A DNA stretch of 62,353 nucleotides, counting the filler, from Choristocarpus tenellus KU-1152 (lineage: Eukaryota; Protista; Phaeophyceae), in NCBI GenBank assembly GCA_964200185.2. It is 11 parts of 11 records of this genome, joined end to end, with 100 filler letters (N's around TTAATTAATTAA, not from the genome) between each part and the next. Parts side by side here need not be neighbours in the genome. Positions count along the whole stretch, not along the records: positions 17,127 to 27,903 come from CAXNAD020002715.1; positions 28,004 to 30,908 come from CAXNAD020023758.1; positions 31,009 to 41,990 come from CAXNAD020002585.1; 8 more parts are not named here. The stretch is one strand, 5' to 3'. Positions 25,100 to 36,941 of the stretch are shown one piece after another; position 1 is the first letter of the stretch; every line of letters starts with the position of its first letter. The position numbers and the translations under genes were made by a program. The notes under the pieces are model-generated. The model did no database searches and was not told where the DNA came from. It worked only from the letters and a program-made list of their open reading frames with translations.

Positions 25100-28014
25100 T
25101 GGTATTGTGGACAAAATGAATTATGAGTAATGACCAACGATTATCCCTATATCATGAGAAAAGCAAAATTTTAGTCTGGACCAAAATCTAGCAATTGTGC
25201 ATCTTAATTACCGCTAATTGATGCCAATTTCAAGTTTGCTGAGTACAGGGGGTGCTAGAATACACATACAAAGCGCATGCAGAGGCATCATTGACTTTAG
25301 CATGAACTTTTTTTTCCGACAAAAAAAAGGGGGGGAGATGCATTCTATGCATCTTTAATATTGCCCTGGTCCTGTGAGTGAAACTGATCAATATTTTGAA
25401 GCCACAATTAACTGAAGGCAAGCATATGAAGCGGTATCTGTTCTATTGCCTACTGCCAACCACCATGTATAGGCCAAGGGCTTGAGAGAATCGTCAATGG
25501 AAAAGTGCACAGCAAACCATGTGGACGAAATGCCTGGATAAAGCACCTCATACCCACCTCTTTCCCTCTAGGTTCCACAAGTTGGACGAAGGACAACTGC
25601 CATCCAACCTTGACAAAACCTCCTACCCCAAGATGGCGTCCGAGCTCGAGACAGATTATGCCAGGCTGAAGCTGGTGTTCGATTTCTTCCTCCTCAGCTT
25701 GGTGACACAAATATTGCATATATACTTCCTGCTATTGCCTTGTTCATAGTCTGTGCAAGAGTATTTTGCATTCACTTTTTGTATAATCAACACTCCACCA
25801 TCTTTCAAAGTCTGGTGGGGGTGGGACAGAGCTCAGATATGGGCTAGGCCTGTAGTCTTGGTTGGTGTTGGGGTTTAGGGCAATGATCGATGATATGAGG
25901 TTAGGTGTCACTGCCAATGGGCATCCCTTGAAAATCAGATTGTGCATCTGCATGCTGGACCGCACTTGACCTCAAATGTAGGATAGGATCGTCCAACTAC
26001 TCCTGAAGATAAGTTTTGAACTTCTAGATATGACACACAAGTACTCCTGAAAGAAAGATTTTGACGTCTTAATTATGAGCATTCGTGTCTTCACCTTATG
26101 TACAGTGTGAGCGCGCAAAATTTATCGAAATTTTAGTCAAGTGGTTCCACAGATCAAAACATGATATAATGATGCATTGGTCAACAAAATTCTTGCCCTC
26201 ATGAAGAGCATGGTACATTTAAAACCACCAAGGCTTCCACTCTCTGCGACCTCTGTGGATAAGTGTAGCCAAAGGAGTCACTCTTCTTCCTGAACTTCAG
26301 ACACACAGAGACACATCTACTTACCCTCACTCCCATCCATATGTCGTGGGGGCCCTGAACCTATACTTGCCTACCTCAGTTGAGAACACAGAGGATTCGC
26401 ACATGCTTGTCAGATAATTTATCCGTGGCGCGGTCTCCCAGCCATCCCATGGTAGACAGCCAGCAGCTCTCAAAGGAAGGGGAGAGGTCTCTCAACAAAG
26501 ATGCGTGTATAAAGGACTACTACAATATGTGAAGGACTCGAAGTGCTTTTGTGTGTGCTTAAGTGAGCAGGCAGGGGGGGGGCAGCATTAGCATGGGGTG
26601 GATACAATAATGGCTATGTAGTACTCAATCTGGGAGGTTAAAAAAATCTTAGCAGACCAATAATCTTAGCTTTTCAGCTAAATGTTCGATGGCATTACTA
26701 TTTGGGGGGGGGGGGATGAGAGATATATGATGATGTAGCATTGTTGTGTTTGAACTTATTAAATATGTTTTATTGTACACATTTGTACAGGACTCCATTC
26801 GATGTTTCCACTTTGCCTGTACATCCAACATGCTAATGTATGAACTCAGATTAAATCCCGATCTGTTCCTTGTCTTTGTGGAGTGAACTAATGCCAAAAA
26901 ACATTACCAACCCCCTTAGGTGTATCATTGTTGTTGCGATCTAAACACAAAAGGGGGCAGTGCACACCTCCCTAGACAGGGGGGCTGTTCTAGAAAAATC
27001 TATCATCCCAATCTTGAAGAAACACCAATCTCACGTTCTACTGGGGCATGCACACGGCACAGCACGCATTTACCCACACAATCTTGGTGGGTTTCTGCTC
27101 CACAAATCACTATTATCACACAAGTGCATTTGAGCGTCATTGCTGACATATCCCCCTGTTCTGAATATGCAGAGGAATGAATACCTCACTCAGTTCAAAT
27201 CAAAACACTTTTTCCACTAGTAGTCAAGCCCTATGCAACTATGCACAACAGCCCTATCCTATTGTGCGGGTTGAGTGTCTGAAGATAGACACCTTTTTTT
27301 TTAATCTCAAAACAAATTTTACTGATTTACTGCACTTGCACATTTCCACTACTTCTCGACACCAGGATCATAAGCATAGACTTATTTAACCCCACTCTAA
27401 ACATACTGATGACGCCAAAGAAAATGTCAAATATGCAAGGATGTAGGTAAGTACCAATGATACCCAAGAACATGTCAAATGTAAGTGGATGTAGATAAGT
27501 ACCAATTAAAACCCAAGATAAAACAAATGACTTGCGTGTACTCAGTAGATATGCAATGATAATTCCCCAAACATTTCAAATGTGCATTAGCACACACTTG
27601 ATTGGAGTAACCTCTTCCAAGATCATTATAGGAGGTGATGATTACCCGCTTCTTCCTGTAGTAAGGGCCTACCAGGTCCCTTTGATGGCGACTATCTGCC
27701 TAACAAAGCATTACAACACTTTCCATTTTTCTTACTGTATCAATATGGTCCCCGAAAAAACCCTCCAAACTGAAGACTTGCCAGACCTGTAGAATATCTA
27801 CGTGTGTTCATCTTCCCGTCTATCTGTGGAGATACGAAGGTCTGTGAAGCTTTTTTCTCCCTGTAAACCCTGTCGTTGAAACATGGTTGGAAAACTCTCC
27901 TTGNNNNNNNNNNNNNNNNNNNNNNNNNNNNNNNNNNNNNNNNNNNNTTAATTAATTAANNNNNNNNNNNNNNNNNNNNNNNNNNNNNNNNNNNNNNNNN
28001 NNNATGAAGCTTAT

Positions 28015-28237
28015 GATTGATTTCCCAGCTCACCAATATTAATTAGTCGCTTCGACGATTGATTTTCCAGCTCGTCACGATTAATTAGTCGCTTCCACGA
28101 TTGATTTCCCAGCTCACCACGATTAATGACTCGATTCCACGATTGATTTCCCAGCTCACCACGATTAATTAGTCGCTTCCACGATTGATTCCCAGCTCAC
28201 CACGATTAATCAATTGCTTCCACGATTGATTCCCAGC
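28015..28237. repeat. 42-bp minisatellite (~5.4 copies) built from 22+20-nt subunits
   Basis: Unit GATTGATTTCCCAGCTCACCACGATTAATTAGTCGCTTCCAC repeated head to tail. Confidence 0.9.
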
Positions 28238-30072
28238 TAATCCTAACCCTAATTACTACAAATCTTTGGCGCTTTTTTCGGGCATGTCCATGGGTGCACA
28301 AAATGGGGGTAGGTACTGTATATAGATATAGTATGAAAAAGGTTCCAGTCTCATTATTAGAATATATTGTATTGAGAAAAAAAACATACTTTGAATCCAC
28401 AACAATTGACAGTCCTTTTTTTTTTAGAAAAACAAATTGTTTGTACAAAATGAAATTCACTACAAAGAGTTTAATCTATCACCCCCTATTCTGTTTGTAG
28501 TGTTTTTCATTACCAAATGTTATGAAATTTCCCATTTCAAGTTCGAAACTAATAGTGACAAGTATTTTTCACATTCATGACATTTTATCTGCTTAGGGAT
28601 TATACTAACAATATGTATAGTTTTCATTGGTTTTCCCCCAGACACATCTCCAAAATGTCAGAGGGCTTAATATTAAAAACAGTGAAAAGCATTATGATCT
28701 CGGTAAGACCCTCGGGGTAACACTAAAGGTTTAATGATCTCATAGAGGAATGATCCAATCGAAGCGATCAATACACATTATTTGTCCTAGCCAACCAAAA
28801 TGCTACAAAAGCTGCATTGTACAAGGACAACACTCACAGTACTTTGGATAGAATGGCAGATAGATGCGCGTGCTATGTTTGCTCGCATGTCACACCCTTT
28901 CGCTGCCTCAGTGGAAACCCTGGTTGTTAGCCAGGAACTTGGACTACCTCGCCAGAATAGGACGTCCATGCACGATCAAGTATCAAGCCAAACTTCACTG
29001 CAACACCAAGAAGAAGAGGAACAATGTATAGATAACCATTGCACCGATGCTTCAACCTGTTTTAACACAGAGCTCCTCGCCTGCTGTCTGTGCTGCCTTA
29101 AACCAACAAACTTCCTCGATTCCTGCGAAATAAATCCAGACCTAGTTCATTCCAAAGGGCAAATGCGTCAAAGCCCGTTCGACCAGTCACATCCATTCCC
29201 CAGCCTGTGCTTCGATCCCCACTTGCTTTAGCCACAGACAGGGCGAGCGATAGAAGTTGATACCATTCTGGCAGAGACCTATCTCAATCGCTCAATCCAC
29301 TGAGGAATGTCCAGGAAAGGGTCAAAATATACGGAAGCTAACTAACACGGGCTACGGCAGACTGCTCTTTCGTCACAGGGCGTCCACTAACCCAGTGAAG
29401 ATGGTTTGAATTTGCCTGTCACCTTCTGGAGGCGTTTCTTGTTTTTTACATTTTTTCTTTTTGATAGTGAATTTCATTTTGCGCGTACTAATTTTCGTAG
29501 TGTATGTTCTTATCGCCATTATACAAAAAATCATAATGAATTTCATTTTGTGGAGAGACTATGCTAGAGGAAAAACAGATGAGTAAAGAGGAAGAGAAAA
29601 ACGATAGAAGAACAATATATGCAGTATAGTGTTGGCAGTCGTGTCTAGGATCAGACCTCTCTTGTTTTTTTTTTTAAAGGTTGCCCAACAGTTAGTCCAC
29701 GATCAACATATCGAATGAAACCTCTTGATCTAAGCTCAATTTCCATAAATAAATTCTTCGCCAAAAATATTTTGGTAAGGTTAGATTTTAACCGAATGTC
29801 TTCGGCACAACCTTAAAAATGTTTCGGAATCAATTATCCCGACCTAAAATATTTCTACCGAATAATTTCTTTGCGTAAATCGATAACTTAGATCAAGAAG
29901 TTCCATTCAATATGCTGATGGTTGATAAACTCGTTGGGCAATCTTTTCAAAAATATCAAGATTGGTAACCGCAAAAACGGTACGTGGGGGAGCCTCGGCT
30001 TAATACTGTTTAAGCCACTCACACGACACTGTGACGTCCAATGAACTCCGAGTTGTCGCCTGCCCCTCACAG

Positions 30073-30347
30073 GACACTGTGAATTAAACCCGATAGAGAT
30101 GATCTGGGGGCGGGCGAAGCACTATGTACGAGCCCACTGTGACTACAAGTTGCCTGGAATGATAGCCAACATTCCTGTCCATCTAAAGGAGGAAGGGGGG
30201 CTGTCCGGAGTAATTGTGGAGACGTTCTTCAGGATGAGTATTGCTTACCACCTGATATACTTCAACGAGAAAGGCATGGAGTACACCAAATTGGACTGGG
30301 TGTACAAGACATTTATGTCTCACAGGAGGCCTGGACCTTCAGAATAA
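30073..30347 (+). mobile_element. Tc1/IS630-like DDE transposase C-terminal fragment
   Basis: HCELNPIEMIWGRAKHYVRAHCDY...SHRR contains the (P/C)ELNPIE..W...K motif around the catalytic Glu of ITm transposases. Confidence 0.75.
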
Positions 30348-30659
30348 CTCATATGACTTGGCATGGATTGTCTGCTCAGAGGCCCAGACCCCCATGAGTG
30401 TGCCTTAGTCACCAGGTGAAAACATTGCATAAACGGGAAATAATGGAAAGAGAATGGAGAGACAACAACGAGCATGTTCTCCAGGTGAAGATGGGCTCTT
30501 GTAGCATCAAAATCGTCCTAAAATGAACGGGCGCGGGCGTGCGTGCCAGATGACACCCAGCGCGAACCGCGCGCGCAAACTACTTGATTAAAGTGTGGTC
30601 CTGTATTTCTCGCGATTAGTGTAAGTTGACCAACCGAGACCCATCAAATAAGGTTAAGT

Positions 30660-30825
30660 GTTACAGGCGAATAGCGTGAGCTTTTCTTCTTGTATTTCAA
30701 CAAAGTGCAAGCGTTTGTTACACGCGAATAGCGCGAGCATTTTCTTTTTATGTTTCAGCAAATACAAACATTTGTAACCGACGTAGAGTGTGAGGATTAT
30801 TTCTTGAGTTCTGACAAGTACGAAC
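30660..30825. repeat. Degenerate ~57-bp tandem repeat (about 3 copies)
   Basis: GTTACA.GCGAATAGCG.GAGC.TTTTCTT..T.T.TTTCA.CAAA recurs at ~30660 and ~30717, with a diverged copy at ~30774. Confidence 0.6.
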
Positions 30826-33800
30826 TATATACGATATTAGTAACACATAGGTAACCTTACAGAATAAGTGATCATTTTAAGGAGATGCAGAGTAAGATTC
30901 GGAATACCNNNNNNNNNNNNNNNNNNNNNNNNNNNNNNNNNNNNNNNNNNNNTTAATTAATTAANNNNNNNNNNNNNNNNNNNNNNNNNNNNNNNNNNNN
31001 NNNNNNNNAGGTTGCCTTATCTTTCCCTCCTTATCTCGTACCCCTTAATTTCCTGACTGCTATCCTCTGTTTCTGCCTATCACCCAATTTCATTAACTCT
31101 CTCGTTCCTTCCTTAACTATATATTCTCTTGTTCTTTCTTTCTTTTCTATTCCCACATTCTTGTCCTGTGCCCCCAGCCAACCAGAATTCTCCTGCCCAC
31201 AAAACTCAGTTTACTTCATAAACTCACTTTTTTGAGATGTCGAAAAAAGAGATACAAAATGGATTTGGTACATAATACTTGGCATAAAATCGGGGTAGGT
31301 ACTGTAGTATCTTTACCTCATATGTGAAAGTGTCAAAGCGATTTCGGTACGGATCATGAAAATGTATATTTTATTACTACAATTATTAATATAGCAACTG
31401 CTTTATAGAAAAATAATATTTTGTAATAGATTTGGTATTTTGGGGAAAAAGAAATTGATCATTTGGAGTTTCTTTCTTCAACTTCACTGATTGCACTGCA
31501 CTATCATGAAACTATTGTGATCACCTCTCTCAACGAACTACAAGTCTATGCTAGATTGTACAAACAACTGCGAATCAAGTTTAGAGAGACGGTGAACCTT
31601 GATTATCTTGTCGTATTGTAAAAGTTAGGAAGTACAACTGCAGAGTAAAGGCGAAAGGGGAACGGAAAGGAGAGATAGAGAGAGACAGATTCGTTTTATG
31701 GAGGAAAGGTGTGAGGAAGAACATCGCCTAACACAAAGTCCACCTCAACAGAAAAACATGGGTAGAACTAATGCATATGATGGAAATATCGAGAAAGATG
31801 TGGATCTTCGCGTGCAGTCAACTGAACAGAGGTAAGCTGGGTTCTTTGTATCAAAGTTTCTCGTCAAGTTTTGGGAAAACGAGGGGGCGTACGTGGCAAT
31901 GTCAGTTTTGCTTCCAACTCCCCGTGAGGACACTACTTTATTTTGGCTGGACATTATTTGTCCTAGACTCCCCAGTATGACAACTTGACCTCCCCGGCAA
32001 GTCTTTTATCCTCAGCTAATCCTTCTTGGCTATGAGATACTCTGTAGCAGTGGTTGAGAAATTTGTTTCAAAATTTGAACATCAAGCCTTAAGCAGATCG
32101 TAGTCGAACTAGTGTTGATAGAGTCGAGGGGTTGCAGGAAATGAAAGCAACCTGGAGTGAATAAGGTTCTGAATCTACGGTGCCACCTGTCAGGAAGGTC
32201 TTGCTCTTCCACAACCTATACCCTCCGCTTGTTGAAATTTATATCAGGGTGCTGTTAAAGTTCTGTCGATATGCCCAATCGTAGTATACATATTCCTTGG
32301 GACTCTCTTTAGGGTGTAAATGCCACAAAGTAATTTTCCGATTTGGAGACAATCTGATCCAATTAGCTGCGCATCGTCGCTTAGTCGCCACAATGTTCGC
32401 GTGTTTTTGTTTGCTCCATGGTTATCCTCGATGTGGTAACTAGGATTTTGGACTTATCTAATTCTAGTTTTAGGGTTGATTGTAAGGTCGTGACATATTT
32501 GAGATGCGAATTCTGTAGTAGCGCTGTACAGTGATTTGTAGATGCACTCAATTGGGCGCATCGTTATACTCTTTGATCATGAATAATGGTCGATGAGGAG
32601 TGCAGTGTGTAGTTTCTATTCTCCACGTGATAGCATGTACAAGAAGGCATTGCTTTACCGTACTGTACTAAATTGTGCTCAAAGATTCTCAAGGACAGGG
32701 TATTACATACCTTGCAATTCTTTCTAGGACTGAGACTGTTTCCTCTACAAGTAAAGGGGTAAAAGTGATGCCAAAATTACAAGAAAATAGTTGTCCCAGA
32801 TTTATATTCATACCAGCCCCCCTCTCCCATACAGTAACACATCAGCCCTTTCTTGAAAACTGCTCCCGCTCTCCTGCCACCAACCCCTTATATCTAGGTA
32901 CAATCTCTACAAGTGTTGGTGATGCAGGGAGTGCTAAAGTATCGAAGGGATGATGGCTAGATTTTTTTTTGTTATGTATACAAATGGGTTGGGGTGTAGT
33001 CATCTTCACACCTCAGAGAAAATAGTACTCAAAGCTAATGTTACCGTGGAATATTTGAACATAATTGGCCTGCAATGTCCAACCTATTCCAACATTAGGA
33101 CCAATTTGTACCATCTGTCAAGTGGATAATGTTTGGGGTTGAGCTAATCTAGACCATCCTTTGTCCATATAGTGACTAAATACATTTTCTCTACAACATC
33201 ATTCTCTAGCATCAAGCTTCGCCTAATGTCCGCTTTTAGAACAATGTAGTCTGGTTGATGTCCAGCAAGTTCTTGAGTATACGCCTTCAATCATGCATTG
33301 TCCAGAACAATGCATAATATGAGCATTTGCTTACTTATCTTTACTTCATACTACAGTTTGATTTTCTCAAACTTATGGTTAGAGGTTGTAGGGCAGAGAA
33401 AGTGATAAATGGAAGAACTCTGGAAGAAAAAAGACAAAAGCATATGTGTCTGAAAAACTTGGTGATTATTGTTGAATTCCGAGAAAATTGCTTGAGCCTC
33501 TTGCTCCACAGCATCCTTTGTGCAACAAATGCTTGGGCCGTTTTGCTACATCCATTTTGCTGGACAACAGTTGGAACCATTTGCCCTCTACTATCTGTTT
33601 TTTGACATACCCATGAGTCCAACTGGTTCGTAATATCCACTGTCCAGGAGAATCCTTCGGGGCCATTTTCTCTACGGCGCCCGTTATCCGGAAAAAAAAT
33701 CTGTCGTGTGCAATGCTAAAACCGTTATGTTTTGCTTTGTATTGTTACTTTTTCCTAGGTTTGGATATCTTCCATCCTTTACTTCTATGATGCAAACCCT

Positions 33801-36588
33801 CCTATTCCTCAACCACAATTCAGGGCTGAAGTTTCTTCCAGCAGCAATGGACCTGCACCAGAATTTCCTCACCGGAAGGGGTCTATTGACCTGGAGGCAC
33901 ACCCCTCACCGCACAAGGCGGGCACGTTGCGGCATATTAGCATGCCCAAGCCCATCAAGCTGTGAACATTGAGTGTATTTTTTCATCGGTGATGCAAGCT
34001 ACCACTGGTTTTGGGTTGGAGTTCACTGTAAAGTCTTCTTATTTGAAGTTGGGGCGATGACCCCTCTGTTGTAGAGAGAATAAAAGCTGTGTGTTGTGTA
34101 AACCCCTTGGAATACAATTTCTGTGGGCGTGTGGGCAGCAGGAGAGAAGAGGGTGTCAAGTTCTTTGCAATTTGTTGATGATGTCTATGTTGCCCATTTG
34201 CTTTGAGGTAATTATTTTTTTTTTAGGAGAAGGGGTCCTCCGTCACCTTTTTGAAGACTTTGATTCATGGAGGTCGTGACACCTATCACCCCTTTTTTTT
34301 TCATAATGTAAAATATTGCGTGGGTTGAAATATAGACAATTACGGTCTCAGTGTAGGTATCCTAGTTGCAGATGTATGGGAACAGGTATTTTTGGGGGCC
34401 CTTTTGGTTTGGGCATGTTGCCAATGTGCCCGAAACTTTGTTAGTGGGGGAGTGTATGTCCACCTTGTAGATAAAATGAAATGTTCCTCTGATCTTTGTT
34501 TGAGAAGTACAGTTTATTCCATATTTTGATCAGCATCACCTTGGTCATATTGTGTTCATGGTCATCTTGTTGATGACTTCAGAATGAATAATAGGGACAC
34601 ATTTTGATGCAATGTTCATGGGTAAACTTGTACAAGGAAGAAAACAGTGAGTAACAGAGCATGATAGTGGAAGCTTGTTTCAGTATTGAGCATACAACCA
34701 TTCAAATATAATATTTTACGTGTTTTGTGACTCCATCTGAGGAGGGTTGCACCACAACATATTTTCTTTTAAAATTCAGTTATGCTGATCTATTAGTAGG
34801 TGTAGGCATTTAGTGATAATCAACCTGAAGAAGGCAAATCTGATCATTTTTGTGAACTTGTACATTTCATGAGAAGTTACATGTGTGGTAGAGTTCAAGA
34901 TCTTCATCCTGTAGCAGTGTACCATCTGGAAGAGAATATCTCCATGCCTGTATCTAACACACCCATAGTCAGGTAGGCACTGTGGATCAGTAAGGCAACA
35001 TGTGGCAGGTCATGTCCTTTTACCTTTTTGTGCTTGAGGCATGTGGACATGAAATACTGATTGATGATGGACCTACTCTATGAGAGATGCAGCAATTTCT
35101 TTTTACAGTGTGTACTCTTTTTGTAGTCTCTGCTAATCTTGTCCCCCATGGTTCTCATATTAACGCAACATACCTTACAGTTCGTGCCTTTGTAGCATTA
35201 CCTTTGTGACCTACATTGTTTATATACCTCTACCAATAATATCAGAATGGAAAAATAATCAACGTGTAGAAGACATCCAGGTATAGACATCCTCTGTGTG
35301 AAGGTGAACTTGCCACTGCACCTCAGAAAAATGATAAAACCTGACCTCCTATATCAGCTACCTCTGCGTACATACTTTCTTTGAACCATTTGGCAAATGC
35401 TGCCACACGAATTAACACCCCTCTTGTAGCTTATATGCATTTTAAGAAGCACACATGAAGTGACATCAAGTTGATCTTTTACGCAAAATTGAAACGAAAC
35501 AGCCTCTACATTGATCTCCTGAAAAGTAACAGGGACAGTCAGCTCTTAGAAACAACTCAAGTAAGGCCTCAGCAACAAGTCTTCACCTTGGTTGGAGCAG
35601 TAGTATTTGGTGGAGGGAAGAGAGCAAAGGATAAGATAAGAGGACAAGCAAGCAGGGTGACCTGCAACATAATTCCCTGTAGATACTCTAGAGCACTAGC
35701 ATATAGTACGATCACAGTAAAATCATGTTTGAAAGCTTCTACCCATACAGAAAACTGACACTCTGAAGTACAAGAACTAAATGTAGACATTTTCCATGTC
35801 TCTGCTCTGATCACCTGTAGTTACAGCTTCTGTTTCCCATGGAGGTGAAGAATCCTTCTGAGGGGTAAGTGACATTAACTTCCTATAACACAGGGTCCAT
35901 CCATGAAAATGCCCAAGATCACAAAACTGTGCTGTACATATTTGGGTTGAATTTTGATTTTGCTCACCTTCCATCAGGTCATTTCATTTTTACAGGGAAA
36001 ATATTGAAGAACTCTGAACGATACATTGTATCTTCCTTCCTTATATGTATCATGCTGCAGATGTCTTACAAGTGAGTCTTCTTTGGATGTCAAAATGGGA
36101 ATACACACCCCTTGATATGCTATACTTAAAATATTAGGATCCATTCCAAACCTCAACATTGGATGGGAATTTAGGTAAGATGTGGACAGAGTTTCAAGTT
36201 TTCATCACTCGCAATAATTTGAGTAGACACCTGGCACCAAGCCTGCTGGGAGTGGGATGGATAGTACGACTTGATGTTGGGAGATTCACTCACAGTTGGC
36301 TGGTGATGGCGGATGGGTTTTCAAAATGACATGCTGTAAGAATTACCATTACTCATGGTACAACTACCCCTATAAAACAAAGTGCATGCAAATGCTTCAA
36401 ATATTTGGAAACAATTCTCTACTGGAAAATGCATCCTTTTACCCAATATTTACTTGGTCAGCACGACCTCGCTGGTTTCCTCTCCCTAACCTATGATGAC
36501 TATATCTAGCACGATGACTTTGAAATGAACACTTCCAGGTTGAATCTACACAAGAAATACTTAGGCCTGTTGAACCCACCAGGTCTAG

Positions 36589-36941
36589 TTACCAGAGATC
36601 TGTAGCTATGTTGTAGCTCCTGGTATTTGGATAAATTCCCTTCCTATGCATCTCCTCTAGCAATGCCACAGCATGTTCCCACTGGTCTCCCCTTAGACAT
36701 GCATTGATGGTTGCATTGTAGCTGTAGACACACCAGGTAATATCCCTCTGCCTGCCATCTTCACCAGCAGGGCCAAGGCATGTCCCCACTGGGACGCTAT
36801 TCCACATGCATTAATGGCAGCAGTGTATGTAGCTGATGACATTTGGGTAAACTCTTTTGTTAGCCATTTACTCCAGCAACACCAAGGAAAGTTCCCACTG
36901 TCCCTCGTTACCACATGCAAGTGTGGCATTAGTGTAGCTGA
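36589..36941 (-). pseudogene. Decayed 3' continuation of the PPR array (~3.5 further repeats)
   Basis: After correcting small duplications it reads VVSYTNATLACGNEGQWELSLVLLE*MANKRVYPN / VISYTAAINACGIASQWGHALALLVKMAGRGILPG / VYSYNATINACLRGDQWEHAVALLEEMHRKGIYPN / TRSYN. Confidence 0.9.

Noticed and set aside
33000-34500. Possible Harbinger/DDE_Tnp_4 relic on the minus strand (ILLDSGY; MIEGVYSR)
   Set aside because: Motifs are short and in broken frames; not supportable without a profile search.
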